Positions 16,723-26,824 are shown, numbered from the stretch's first letter. The stretch: 64,000 bases of DNA from Thermoplasmata archaeon (GCA_035626215.1 DASPOD010000020.1:5899-69898); one strand, 5' to 3'. Notes: generated from the letters alone by a model not told the origin. Numbers and translations are program-made.

Positions 16723-18687
16723 GTGCAGAGTTCCGTTCCGGGCCTCGGGCCTAGACCCACCGACGAGCTAGGCGTTCCGGCTCAGGTGATCGTCGGGGGC
16801 GTCGTAGCCCACAATGATGAGCGGCGGATTCAGGATTCGCTCCGCTCGCTGCTCACCCAGGAGTTGCCGCCCGGTGTTCACTGGGGGCGCGTCTGGGTGG
16901 TGGCGAGCGGCTGCACCGACCACACCGTGGAGATCGCCCGCACGGTTGCCACGGACGACCCCCGAGTTAGCGTGGTGGTCGAGCCCGAACGCCGAGGTAA
17001 GGCCGCCGCCATCCGGCAAGTCCTTCGCCGGGCCGAGGGCGAGTTCTTAGTTTTGTTGAACTCGGACGCCGTGGCCGAGCCGGGCGCCGTTTCCGCCTTA
17101 CTCACGAAGGCCGCCGGCAAAACCCGTCCGTTTGCGGTGATGGGCCGACCTCGAGTCGCTCCGCCGGCGGAGGGCGAATGGAGCTCCACGATGCGTTGGA
17201 TGTGGGAGCTCCACCACGAGCTGCATCTCGAGATGCTCGAGGATGGCCGCGGGGCGCACCTCTCGGACGAGCTACTCCTCGTCAGTTTGCCGGCCTTCCC
17301 GTGGATCGAGGACGGGGTCATCAATGATGGCTCGTACTGCGCGGTCTGGTTACGGAATCACTCGGGGAGTTGTTGGTACGCCCCGGGAGCCCGGGTGGTG
17401 GTGGACGTGCCGCGGAATCCGGGCGACCATCTTCGTCAACGACGGCGGATTCACGTGGGCAACGCCCAGGTGGCCGCTCGTCTAGGCCGTCGTCCCACGA
17501 CCGCCCTCCGATTCTTTCTCGAGCGGCCGAGTCGCGCGCTTCGCGCACTCCGACGGTCCCTCACGACCCCCGACGGGTTGCGCCACCTCGTCAATGTCCT
17601 GGGGTGGGAGATCGTGGCTCACGCGCTCGCGGCTTGGGACCGACTGCCGCCGCAACGCGATCACGTCCACTGGTCCCGGATCGCATCCCCGAACGAGGGT
17701 CCGGCGCTCCGAGCGAGCGAGACGACCATTATCTCCGGCTCGGACGCGGCGATCGCGCAACGGGTTCGAATTCTCCTCGAGGTCGCTCGAGAGTTTCGCG
17801 CCGGAATCCCGCTCGACCGGCTGGCGGAACTCCTCCCCGATTCTCGTCTCTGGTCCGAGCCCGAGCTCGAGAAGTTGTTGGCGGGAAGCCCCGAGCTGAC
17901 CGGCCCCGGCAGCCGAGGCGCTCGTCCGGCCGGCACGATGCCCGACACGGACCCAGAGCGGGTGCAGCGTGGAATCCACTACCAGCGCGCGGCCGAGTCC
18001 TTGATCCGGCAGCAGCTCGCCTGGCTGCATCCTTGGATCCGATGCATCGGCGTGACGGGCTCCGCGGCGTACGGGGCGCCATCGGCGGGGGACGACCTCG
18101 ACTTCTACGTCGTCACGCGAAGCGGGTGCACGTCATGGTTCCTCCTGTCTACGTACTTGACCCTGCGGCTTTGGCGGGTTCGGCGACGCGGCGCCGACGC
18201 ACCGGCACCATGCTTCAACTACGTCGTCGACGATCGTCGAGCCCCGGTCGAGTTCGCGCAAGGACACGGTCTCCTCTTCGCGCGGGAGGCGCTGACCGCT
18301 CGGATCGTCGTCGGCGACGAGTACTACCGGGGCCTTCTCGCTCGAGCCGCCTGGCTGGGCGGTGAGATTCCTCGCCTGTTCGCTCGGCGCAGCGTGGAAC
18401 CCGGCGATACGACTCCCTGGCCGGTCCCGTTCTTGGTCCGCTGTCTGAACGCCGTCTCTTTCCTCCCGCTCGCGACCTTCCTGCAGCTGGTGGGACTCGT
18501 CCGCAATTCGCGGGCCCGCCGGAGGGGAGAGCGATCCGCACTGTTCCGGACCCTGACCTCACCCAATGGATACATCTTCCAATCTGAGCGGTTCGAGGAG
18601 CTGCGACGTCGCTACGAACGGAATTCCGACCCGCACCCGGCCTTCGCTTCGACGGGCTCAACGTCGAGGATTCCGGCCTACCGATGA
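16723..18687 (+). CDS. Family-2 glycosyltransferase fused to a C-terminal minimal nucleotidyltransferase-fold domain
   Basis: N-terminal GT2 pattern (VVAHNDERRIQDSLRSLL...VVASGCTDHTVEIA...LVLLNSDAV). C-terminal CIGVTGSAAYGAPSAGDDLDFYVV matches the pol-beta-type G[SG]-x9-13-DxD motif. Confidence 0.8.
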   Translation: MQSSVPGLGPRPTDELGVPAQVIVGGVVAHNDERRIQDSLRSLLTQELPPGVHWGRVWVVASGCTDHTVEIARTVATDDPRVSVVVEPERRGKAAAIRQVLRRAEGEFLVLLNSDAVAEPGAVSALLTKAAGKTRPFAVMGRPRVAPPAEGEWSSTMRWMWELHHELHLEMLEDGRGAHLSDELLLVSLPAFPWIEDGVINDGSYCAVWLRNHSGSCWYAPGARVVVDVPRNPGDHLRQRRRIHVGNAQVAARLGRRPTTALRFFLERPSRALRALRRSLTTPDGLRHLVNVLGWEIVAHALAAWDRLPPQRDHVHWSRIASPNEGPALRASETTIISGSDAAIAQRVRILLEVAREFRAGIPLDRLAELLPDSRLWSEPELEKLLAGSPELTGPGSRGARPAGTMPDTDPERVQRGIHYQRAAESLIRQQLAWLHPWIRCIGVTGSAAYGAPSAGDDLDFYVVTRSGCTSWFLLSTYLTLRLWRVRRRGADAPAPCFNYVVDDRRAPVEFAQGHGLLFAREALTARIVVGDEYYRGLLARAAWLGGEIPRLFARRSVEPGDTTPWPVPFLVRCLNAVSFLPLATFLQLVGLVRNSRARRRGERSALFRTLTSPNGYIFQSERFEELRRRYERNSDPHPAFASTGSTSRIPAYR

Positions 18688-18775
18688 ACCCCCCGCCTGG
18701 TTCGAAGAGATCGGCCGATACGACCGACGTTCGTTACCCCTCGGCTGCGCGGGAGGCGAGGGCTCGCGGCTACCA

Positions 18776-20956
18776 ATGTTCATCCGGTCCCGCCGAAAAA
18801 TCGTCGATGAGGTCGCCCGTGTGATCGACTCATCCACGGCGAAGGAGACCGAGGTCGCCCCGGGCAACTCCGAGTCACCCTCTCGGCGATGGATGACGCC
18901 GGCCCGATGGCTCGTGCTCGCGGTGGGGGTCTACTTCGCGGTTTCCTTCGTCATGTCGTGGCTTCGCGCTATCGAGCTGCAGACGACGACCTGGGACCTC
19001 GGCCTTTACCAGCAGGCTCTCTGGACGACCGCCCACGGTCGAGCGTTCTACGAGACAGCGGACGTGGAGACCGGGGGCTACGGGTCCCTTCTCGAGATTC
19101 ACTCGGTCTTCCTGCTGTACCTCGTCGTGCCGCTCTACTCCGCGTTCCCGTACGAGACGACCCTGTTTGCGGTGCAATCCGCGGTGGTCGCGCTCGCCGC
19201 CGTCCCGCTCTTTTACCTTGCCCGTGATGCGTCGCATTCCTCTCGGCTCGGCTGGGTCGCCGGGGCCGTCTACCTCTGCTGGACGCCGACCCTCTCCTCC
19301 AACCTCTACGACTTTCACGCCGAGGCGTTCCTTCCGATCGAAATGTTCGCGCTCCTGTTGTTCTGGCGACGAGAGCGGTACATCGCGGGGTTTGCCGTCG
19401 CGATCACGACGTTCCTCACGTTCGAGTTTGCTCCGGTGATCGTGTTCGCGGTCGGCATTTTCGCGCTCTTGCCGGGTGCCTTGGCCCCGTCGGCCTGGTC
19501 GTTCTTCCGGCGTCGGTTCGCCGAAGATTGGTTCGGCGCACTTCGGGAGTGGATGCGAGTAGGGCGGGTCCGCGCATCCGTAGTCCTCGCCGGAGCGAGC
19601 GTCGCGGCCTACTTCGTTCTGCTCGCCGTCCGGGTCGATGTGCTGCCGGGCATTGTGGGAACGTATCCGCTCCCTTCCGCCGCATCGGGCTACGTCATCG
19701 GCGCCACGCCGGCCGCCCTGGGTCTGACTCCCGGGAATCTCACCGTGGGCTTTGGAGCCAAAGCCACGTACTGGCTGCTCGTAATGGGCCTCCTCGCATT
19801 CGTTCCGTTCCTCTCCCCCCGAGCGCTCGTGCTCACTGCCCCCTGGTTTGTGTTCACCCTCACCAGCTCGAACCTGAACTACGTCACGCTCGGGTTCCAG
19901 TACGGGTTCGTGGTGGGAAGTACGCTCATGGTGGCGTTTGCGCTGGCCCTGCCTCGGCTGCGCAGCGCGGTCGAGGCGTGGGCTCCGGCGCGAGGCACGC
20001 TGGTCGACCCATCGAGTTCGAGAGCCGGAGTCCACCGACGGCGCGCCACGTCTCGCCGAGCCGTCTGGACGGCTATGGGGGTCCTCCTGGGCATCAACCT
20101 CGCTCTCACGCCGCTGAACCCCTGGATGGACAATTCCGGACTGGGTTCGGGTTACCGAGTGTCGTACACCGACTGGACGGACTCGAACAATGTCCGGCAG
20201 CTGGCTCAGTTGATCCCGGCCGACGCGTCGATCGTCACGACCGATGACCTGTTTCCGCTTGTCGCGAACGACCCCAACGCGTACTCGCTCCTATGGACCG
20301 TCGCCCCGGCCCTGGCGCTGCCGTTCAGCTTCGACCATCCGCCGACGTACGTGTTCATCGCGGAGGATCGGACAGGGGCGGTCCCTTCGTGGCTCGCCGA
20401 AGCGCTCTACGACCCTTCGGTCTACGGGGTCCGGGGGGTCGCCTGGGATTCCCCCGCCGGCACGGTACTCCTCTTTGAAGCGGGATTCCATGGGACCCCC
20501 AGCGAGTACGGACAGCTACCAGGCTCGGGCGGTACGTTTTTCGGATCTTCGCTCGCCTCGAACTCGGATGGCGTTGCGACCATCGCGACCGGCTCGACGT
20601 TCTCTTCGGTGGTCGAAAGCGTCCCGGGCGAGCTCGGGACCGTGTGGTACGGACCCAGCCTGACGCTGGCTCCCGGGAATTACTCGATCACGGTGTCCCT
20701 TCGGGCCGTATCGCTCGAGGGGTTTCCGGTCCCGAACGCCTCGACGCCGGTCCTCTGGGTGGGGGCGCTCGCATTCGCCCAGCCCACGTTCTTCGGCTGG
20801 TCGTACGACTTTCCCCAGCTCAACGACACCACTTTCGCCGAGGTAGCCTTCGACGTCGACCTCAAGTCGCCCACCATCGAATTCGACCTCCAAGGTGTGC
20901 TCCTCGAGAGCTCGGTGCAACTGATCCTAAACTACGTCGAGGTCGCGCGGGGGTGA
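18776..20956 (+). CDS. DUF2079-family polytopic membrane protein (GT-C-like) with large C-terminal extracytoplasmic domain
   Basis: From ATG 18776. TWDLGLYQQALWTT...LLEIHSVFLLYLVVPLY...TTLFAVQSAVVALAAVPLF fits the DUF2079 signature. There are more than 10 TM segments, and the C-terminal ~250 aa are soluble and sequon-rich. Confidence 0.8.
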   Translation: MFIRSRRKIVDEVARVIDSSTAKETEVAPGNSESPSRRWMTPARWLVLAVGVYFAVSFVMSWLRAIELQTTTWDLGLYQQALWTTAHGRAFYETADVETGGYGSLLEIHSVFLLYLVVPLYSAFPYETTLFAVQSAVVALAAVPLFYLARDASHSSRLGWVAGAVYLCWTPTLSSNLYDFHAEAFLPIEMFALLLFWRRERYIAGFAVAITTFLTFEFAPVIVFAVGIFALLPGALAPSAWSFFRRRFAEDWFGALREWMRVGRVRASVVLAGASVAAYFVLLAVRVDVLPGIVGTYPLPSAASGYVIGATPAALGLTPGNLTVGFGAKATYWLLVMGLLAFVPFLSPRALVLTAPWFVFTLTSSNLNYVTLGFQYGFVVGSTLMVAFALALPRLRSAVEAWAPARGTLVDPSSSRAGVHRRRATSRRAVWTAMGVLLGINLALTPLNPWMDNSGLGSGYRVSYTDWTDSNNVRQLAQLIPADASIVTTDDLFPLVANDPNAYSLLWTVAPALALPFSFDHPPTYVFIAEDRTGAVPSWLAEALYDPSVYGVRGVAWDSPAGTVLLFEAGFHGTPSEYGQLPGSGGTFFGSSLASNSDGVATIATGSTFSSVVESVPGELGTVWYGPSLTLAPGNYSITVSLRAVSLEGFPVPNASTPVLWVGALAFAQPTFFGWSYDFPQLNDTTFAEVAFDVDLKSPTIEFDLQGVLLESSVQLILNYVEVARG

Positions 20957-21048
20957 ATTTCGATGGGGGCGATGATCGCAGCACGGGGGCCGTCGAACGG
21001 CCGACCGAACCGACGGCACTCGGCAACAACTCGGAGGGTGTGACCGTC

Positions 21049-22224
21049 ATGGAAACGACGTTGGGCTCTCGATCCGTCGCCCTCGAACCGTTAACCTTGC
21101 GGACCGGCCGTGACCCGGTCCCCCTCGGTTTCGTCCAGGAACCACGTCGGCTCTACCTGGTGGCTCGCCAACGAGAGGCCCGCTGGCCGATCGCCGTCCT
21201 CCGCCGCGGTTGGGCGTCGGCCACTCTTCCTTCGGGGCTCGACGTACAAGGTCGAGCGCGATTGATCACCGACCGCGCGGAGCGGGAGCGCATCCTCGAG
21301 TTGTTCCGGCAAAAGTACGGTCCGGTTCAGTTCGCTCGCTGGTACCACGACCCGGCGCGCATCGTGGAGATCGAGGTCGACCCGTGTCTCGCTCCCCGGG
21401 CCTCGGACCCATACGATGCGTGGATCGAGGCGGAGTTCGATAACATCGCCGAGGAGTATGACCACCACATCCTCTCCAACCCAGTCAACCGTCTCCTCCG
21501 GGACCGCTCGCTCGAGTGGCTGCGGGTCGTCTTCGCCGAGGCTCGCGCACTGCTCGAGGTCGGCTGCGGAACGGGGATCGAAACGCTGTCGCTCCTCGAA
21601 GAGGGCCACGAGGTGACTGCGGTGGACGTGTCGGAGAAGATGCTCGAGGTCGTCCGGCGGAAATCCCGGGACGCCGGAATCTCCGAACGACTGCGTTGTG
21701 TTCACCTACGGGCGCGGGACATCGGCCAGCTCGCGAAGGAGGTCGGGGACTCCGCGTTCGAAGGCGCTTATTCGACGTATGGGGCGCTGAACTGCGAACC
21801 CGATCTCCGTCCGGTGGCAGAGGGGCTGGGCCGGCTGCTCTCCCGGCGCCGACCGTTCGTTGCCGGGGTCTACAACCGCTGGTGCCTGTTCGAGGCGATG
21901 TCGTACGCTCTTTCGCTACGCTGGAACCGTGCGGTCGGCCGATGGCACAACCCGGTCCCGGTCGGGACCTCGCGATTCTGCGTCGACGTGTTCGCCTTTT
22001 CGGCCCCCGAGTTCCGCCGCCTATTCGCCCCGGAGTTCTCGGTGGTTCATGTCGAAGGAGTCCCGGTGGTCGTGCCGCCCTCCGACCTGAGCCCCTACCT
22101 CCGGAAGCTGCCCGGCCACTTCGAGACCTGGGCTCAATGGGACCGGCTTCTGGGTCGCCGCTCGCCTCTCAAGTACCTCGGCGACCACTTTCTAATGACC
22201 TTCGTCCGAGCGGGAGCCGAATGA
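21049..22224 (+). CDS. Class I SAM-dependent methyltransferase with an extra ~110-aa N-terminal domain
   Basis: In-frame ATG at 21049. LLEVGCGTGIETLSLLEEGHEVTAVDVSEKML is motif I with the acidic loop. The N-terminal domain may be a split-barrel (DUF385/PNPOx-like) fold, which is tentative. Confidence 0.8.
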   Translation: METTLGSRSVALEPLTLRTGRDPVPLGFVQEPRRLYLVARQREARWPIAVLRRGWASATLPSGLDVQGRARLITDRAERERILELFRQKYGPVQFARWYHDPARIVEIEVDPCLAPRASDPYDAWIEAEFDNIAEEYDHHILSNPVNRLLRDRSLEWLRVVFAEARALLEVGCGTGIETLSLLEEGHEVTAVDVSEKMLEVVRRKSRDAGISERLRCVHLRARDIGQLAKEVGDSAFEGAYSTYGALNCEPDLRPVAEGLGRLLSRRRPFVAGVYNRWCLFEAMSYALSLRWNRAVGRWHNPVPVGTSRFCVDVFAFSAPEFRRLFAPEFSVVHVEGVPVVVPPSDLSPYLRKLPGHFETWAQWDRLLGRRSPLKYLGDHFLMTFVRAGAE

Positions 22225-23162
22225 ACGAGGTCGATCACCCCCTCGGTCCTCTCGACTTCCGGGCGCTCGATTTCGACCGGCTATGGAACGGCCGGGCAAA
22301 AACCACCGAGGTGGAACAGCGCGTCGTCCGGGAGTCGTTGCGGGGACGTGACGTGCGCCGTATCCTCGAAGTGGGACCGGGCAGCGGCCGAATCGCCTCG
22401 ACCCTGCTCGCGACGAGCGAGGAATTCGTCGGCGTCGACGTCACCCTCGAGTTCCTGGTCCGGCTCCGGGCTCGATGGCGCGGCGACGGGACATGGGTCG
22501 CCGCGGACACCGTCAGATTACCCTTGGAATCCCGGTCCTTCTCGGCGGCCGTCCTGGTTCGGGTTTACAACTTCCTCACGGACCCCAGCGCCTCGCTAAG
22601 GGAACTGTACCGGGTTCTGGTTCCGGGGGGGTGGCTTCTGGTGAGCTATTTCTCGGAACCGTCGATCGCGACGGTCTTGGACGACCTGCGCCGACGATTG
22701 CGCGGGACCTCCGCTTCGCAGGCCGCGCCCCGAGCGCGAGAGCCGTATCGACCGAGGTTGCCCACCCGGGCGCGGTTTCGAGCGACCGTCAAGTCCGTCG
22801 GCTTCCACTGGGACCGGGAATACTCCGTCGGTCTCGAGGACCTCCGTCCGCTCCGGTGGCTCCCGACGGACCTCTTTCTCTCGCTCGCCCGAACCTTCGG
22901 AAACGCTGGGACCATGCCCCATCACTTTGTGCTCCTCCGAAAACCGGGTGAGCCCCCGTCGCGACTTCCGCCGATCGAATCCATCGTGCTCTGCCCGGAG
23001 TGTCGGTCTCCGGTCGATGGGTTCGGCAAAGGAGCCGTCCGGGATTCGTCGTGCCCGCGGTGCGGCCGCAACCTTCCGGCCGTCGAGGGGGTCCTTGACC
23101 TCCGACCGCGCAGGACGGGCGGCGAACCAGGGGCCCATGCGCTCCCGGTCCTCGCCCCGTAA
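22221..23162 (+). CDS. Class I SAM-dependent methyltransferase with C-terminal zinc ribbon
   Basis: ATGA overlap with the upstream stop. ILEVGPGSGRIAS (motif I) and LVPGGWLLVSYF. C-terminal CPECRSPV...CPRCGRNLPAVEGVLDL resembles a Trm112-like ribbon. Confidence 0.8.
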   Translation: MNEVDHPLGPLDFRALDFDRLWNGRAKTTEVEQRVVRESLRGRDVRRILEVGPGSGRIASTLLATSEEFVGVDVTLEFLVRLRARWRGDGTWVAADTVRLPLESRSFSAAVLVRVYNFLTDPSASLRELYRVLVPGGWLLVSYFSEPSIATVLDDLRRRLRGTSASQAAPRAREPYRPRLPTRARFRATVKSVGFHWDREYSVGLEDLRPLRWLPTDLFLSLARTFGNAGTMPHHFVLLRKPGEPPSRLPPIESIVLCPECRSPVDGFGKGAVRDSSCPRCGRNLPAVEGVLDLRPRRTGGEPGAHALPVLAP

Positions 23163-23192
23163 CTAGGACCGTCGTCGAGCCGGGTTCTCCGG

Positions 23193-24230
23193 TCATGGGG
23201 CGGTGGCTCCTCGACCGACCCGCAACCACCTGGCGGCTCGTCGAGGGGAGAACAGGCCGAACGCGACCGCTGCCAGCATCCCCCCTTGGTCGGCCACGAT
23301 GCGCGGGGGGGTGAGCGATAGGTACTCTACCAAACCGCGCAGCAGCAGGGTCCGGGAGAGGTCCGGGAGGTTCAATGATCGGAGGAGACGGGTACGTGCG
23401 CCCACCGACCGGACGGCCGTCGACGTGACCCGTCCTCGACCGTGGGAGTCGATGAACTGCGCGATGCGCTCGGAGTCGCGGACGACCGCATCACCGCGTT
23501 CGACCGCCCGGCGGAATTCGGTCCGAACGTCGCTCCCGAGGGGAACGGAACTGTTCGCCGAGTGCACGCGATAACGGGTGAGGGCCGTCGGTTCGAAATA
23601 TAGGTCCCAGGAGCCGAGCGCGGCCGCGAAGAACAGCGCGAGAGGGTGACCCATTTCGAGTTGGGAGGCGAGAGGACCGAGCGATTGGACCACCTCGCGC
23701 CGCACCGCCATCGCGCTGGCGTTGAACCCACCCCCACTCCAAAAGAGCCGGTCGATCCGGCCTCGGTTCTTTCGCCGGTTCTCGAAGAGGCCAATTCCGG
23801 GGCCTTCCGGCGCGGCGCGGATTTCCGGGCCGCCCCACCCGTCGGACCCCGAGGAGGACTGGGAGACTCGCTGGACGCGGTTGTGGAAGTAGCCGACCTT
23901 CGGGTACCGCTCGAATGCCGAACGCACGCAGGAGAGCTTGGTCGGCTCGAACCGGTCGTCGTCGTCGAGAAAACAAAGGATCTCTCCACGGCACCGCGGT
24001 AGGGCCGCAAGGATCCACTCACCCCAATTTCCGGAGGAGAAGTGAAGCAGGGTCACACGAGAATCGTTCGCCCAGGACCCAAGGTTCACCCCGGGCAGGT
24101 TCGTGCACACGACCACCTCGAATGAGGCTGGGTCGAGGTCCTGAAACGCCACCGAGTCGAGTGCTTCCGCGATGAAGTCGCGACGACCGTAGGCAACGAC
24201 AATGACGGAGATCTCGGGCCGAACAGCCAT
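23193..24230 (-). CDS. Family-2 glycosyltransferase
   Basis: ISVIVVAYGRRDFIAEALDSVAFQ and ILCFLDDDDRFEPTKL (DxD region). Confidence 0.85.
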   Translation of the reverse strand: MAVRPEISVIVVAYGRRDFIAEALDSVAFQDLDPASFEVVVCTNLPGVNLGSWANDSRVTLLHFSSGNWGEWILAALPRCRGEILCFLDDDDRFEPTKLSCVRSAFERYPKVGYFHNRVQRVSQSSSGSDGWGGPEIRAAPEGPGIGLFENRRKNRGRIDRLFWSGGGFNASAMAVRREVVQSLGPLASQLEMGHPLALFFAAALGSWDLYFEPTALTRYRVHSANSSVPLGSDVRTEFRRAVERGDAVVRDSERIAQFIDSHGRGRVTSTAVRSVGARTRLLRSLNLPDLSRTLLLRGLVEYLSLTPPRIVADQGGMLAAVAFGLFSPRRAARWLRVGRGATAP

Positions 24231-24438
24231 CCCACCCTCGACGGTGCCGTGCCGACAGTGAGGGCCGACCTTATCGCCCCTTCGCGAGGTTCACCGGGAA
24301 TTCCCAGGTCCTGGACGGCCGGCGCGACAACCACTGGGTCCCCTCTGCGCGGTGGCCTTCCTCCGCCGACCTTTGGACGAGCGTCTCAGCGGTCGAATTC
24401 AAGTCCGGGCCCAATCAGCCCCCGCCACGGTCCAGCGC

Positions 24439-25653
24439 TCAACGATTCGGGCGGACCGACTTAGTCAAGCCCGCTCCTCGACCCGACCCGTGAAGGGCGA
24501 TCCGGTGAACGATCAGCGGGAAAATCGCCGCGGCGGCCGCGATGACCCCGACCAGGATGAAGATCGAGCGGGAACCGTAGGCAGCGTACGCCGTGCTGAT
24601 CACGACCGGACCGACCAGCAATCCCAAGTCTTCGAACGAACCGAACACGCCGACCGCGGTCCCCTGGAGCGTGACGGGTACGGTTTTCATGCCGAGCGGT
24701 AGCAAGCTTGCCGAAAGCCAGCCGAGGCCCGCGGCGAGCACCATGGTCGAGGCGATCATCTCCCCGTACGAGACCGAGAATAACGTCCCGAACGCGCCGG
24801 CCGCGACCAGAAGGAATCCGAGCGGGCTGGTGCGTGCCGGCCCGAACCGGTCGACGCTGCTTCCTAGCATAAAACCTGACATGAGCAGCGTGGCCCGGGC
24901 GAGCCCGATGACGTAGCCAGCGTCCGCCGGAGTGCCATGGAATACGCCGACCGAGTAGATTTGGAGGAAGTTGACGATGAGCGTGAAACACAGGTACGAC
25001 ACCGCCGCGAGTCCGGCGGCATAGAGAAACGGAACGGTGATGACTCGACGCACCAAGGAGATTGCTCCGGGCTCGGATCGCGGCAGATGGGTATCGCGCC
25101 ACGGCAGGACGGCCATGAGGGCCAGACCGAGCGCATAGGTTCCGAGAATGATGGCCGCCAACGATTCGAACCCGACCGTAACGTAAAGGTACGGCCCCAC
25201 GGCGGAGCCCACGACCATCCCGCACCCAAAGAAAAGGCCGAAACGTCCCGAGCCGGAGCCTTCGGTCCCCGGGCCGCGGGCGACCAGGGCCATCCACCGG
25301 AAGAGCGGCACCGGAAAGATGATGAGCATCCCGAAAACGGCGAGTTCGATCGTGAGGGCGATGAAACTCGTCGACAACGCGATGCAGCCGTAAACGATCA
25401 ACACGGCCGAACCGAGGACGAGGATCGGCCCCAGCTTGCCGATCCGGAACGCGAGGACTCCCCACACTGACTCCGTGGCCAGCATCCCCAGGGCGAACAC
25501 CGCGATCGCGACGCCATACTCGACGACCGAGAGCCCGAGGGCCTCGAACCGGAACGGAAGCGTAACGGAGAGCAGGGAATAGGAGGTCCACACGACCGCC
25601 GTGGAAGCGTAGACAAGACCGGCGATCGTCGTTCGGGGAAGGCTCGACTGCAC
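24439..25653 (-). CDS. MFS transporter
   Basis: 404 aa with about 12 hydrophobic segments and MFS-like loops. GTG start. Confidence 0.85.
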   Translation of the reverse strand: MQSSLPRTTIAGLVYASTAVVWTSYSLLSVTLPFRFEALGLSVVEYGVAIAVFALGMLATESVWGVLAFRIGKLGPILVLGSAVLIVYGCIALSTSFIALTIELAVFGMLIIFPVPLFRWMALVARGPGTEGSGSGRFGLFFGCGMVVGSAVGPYLYVTVGFESLAAIILGTYALGLALMAVLPWRDTHLPRSEPGAISLVRRVITVPFLYAAGLAAVSYLCFTLIVNFLQIYSVGVFHGTPADAGYVIGLARATLLMSGFMLGSSVDRFGPARTSPLGFLLVAAGAFGTLFSVSYGEMIASTMVLAAGLGWLSASLLPLGMKTVPVTLQGTAVGVFGSFEDLGLLVGPVVISTAYAAYGSRSIFILVGVIAAAAAIFPLIVHRIALHGSGRGAGLTKSVRPNR

Positions 25654-25813
25654 GGCCTACCCACGATTCTTCGTACCTATCTGTTTGACGTGAACGGCCG
25701 TCACCGGCACACGGGCCGTGGAAGCATCCCACGGGGCCGAATGCCGGGGCCGGTGGCGAGTCGGCTCCCAAGGTGCTAAGGCAGAGCGGGTCGTAACCCG
25801 CCGGCTTCCGACC

Positions 25814-26824
25814 ATGGATGCGAAGCGCTACCGGCTGAGGCCGTTCGAGGACGGTGACTACGAGGCGCTCGGGCGTCTCCAGACCGAGCGGTACCCCGAG
25901 CTGCCGACCACGGCCCACGAAGAACGGGAATGGGACGAGACGCTAGCGCGCGCCAGGGTCGTCAACGAGAAGTGGGTGGTCGAAGACCACGCGACCCGGG
26001 AGATCGTCGCCGTCGCGGCCTTGTACCACGCGCTGTATTCGTTCGACCCGCACAAGTTCTGGGTGCTGGTGCTCGTGGGCCATCGGCATACCCGCCAGGG
26101 AATCGGGCGGGCGCTAGCCTCGCTGTTGAACGCCGAGGCGGTCGACCATCGGGCCCTCTGCTTCTGGACGAATGTCCGGAAGGACGATGAGCGAAGCCAC
26201 CGATTCGCGGCCCAGCAGGGGTTCCGGACGCTTCGAACTACGTGGATGAGTGTCCTCGACCTCTCGGGCCCGGCGTCCCCGTCCCCCGGGAACGAACGAA
26301 GCGAACAGCTCACGCGCGAGGGGATTCGCTTCACCACGCTCGCGGAGGAGGGGCCCCGTCGCCCCGAGGTGCGTCACCGCCTGTACGAGCTTTGGACCGA
26401 AGCCTCGCGGGACGTCCCGCGCATGGGCGAGTACGTGCCGGTGAGCTTCGAGCAGTTCGAGGCCGAGATCGACCGGGTCGCGATCGTTCCCGAGGCGTTC
26501 TTTCTGGCCGGCCATGGGGACAGCTACGTTGCGTCGAGCCACTTGGAACGCGACCTGGCCGAATCCGATGCTCTGATGGTAGGGTTCACTGCCACGCGGG
26601 CGGCGTTCCGGGGTCGAGGGCTTGCGACCGAGCTCAAGCAGCAGTCGATCGACTATGCGCGAAGTCACGGGATCCGGAGGCTCAAAACGTTCAACGACTC
26701 CGCGAACGACGGGATACTCCGGATCAACGAGAAGCTCGGATTCCGTCGCGCCTTCGAGATTTCGAATCTGCAGCGGGATTTCGCGCCCGGGCCGGTGACG
26801 GGCCAGCCCGGCGGGGGTTCGTGA
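25814..26824 (+). CDS. GNAT-family N-acetyltransferase (tandem GNAT-like halves)
   Basis: In-frame ATG at 25814. VLVGHRHTRQGIGRAL and TATRAAFRGRGLATELK resemble the acetyl-CoA-binding R/Q-x-x-G-x-G/A motifs. Confidence 0.8.
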   Translation: MDAKRYRLRPFEDGDYEALGRLQTERYPELPTTAHEEREWDETLARARVVNEKWVVEDHATREIVAVAALYHALYSFDPHKFWVLVLVGHRHTRQGIGRALASLLNAEAVDHRALCFWTNVRKDDERSHRFAAQQGFRTLRTTWMSVLDLSGPASPSPGNERSEQLTREGIRFTTLAEEGPRRPEVRHRLYELWTEASRDVPRMGEYVPVSFEQFEAEIDRVAIVPEAFFLAGHGDSYVASSHLERDLAESDALMVGFTATRAAFRGRGLATELKQQSIDYARSHGIRRLKTFNDSANDGILRINEKLGFRRAFEISNLQRDFAPGPVTGQPGGGS

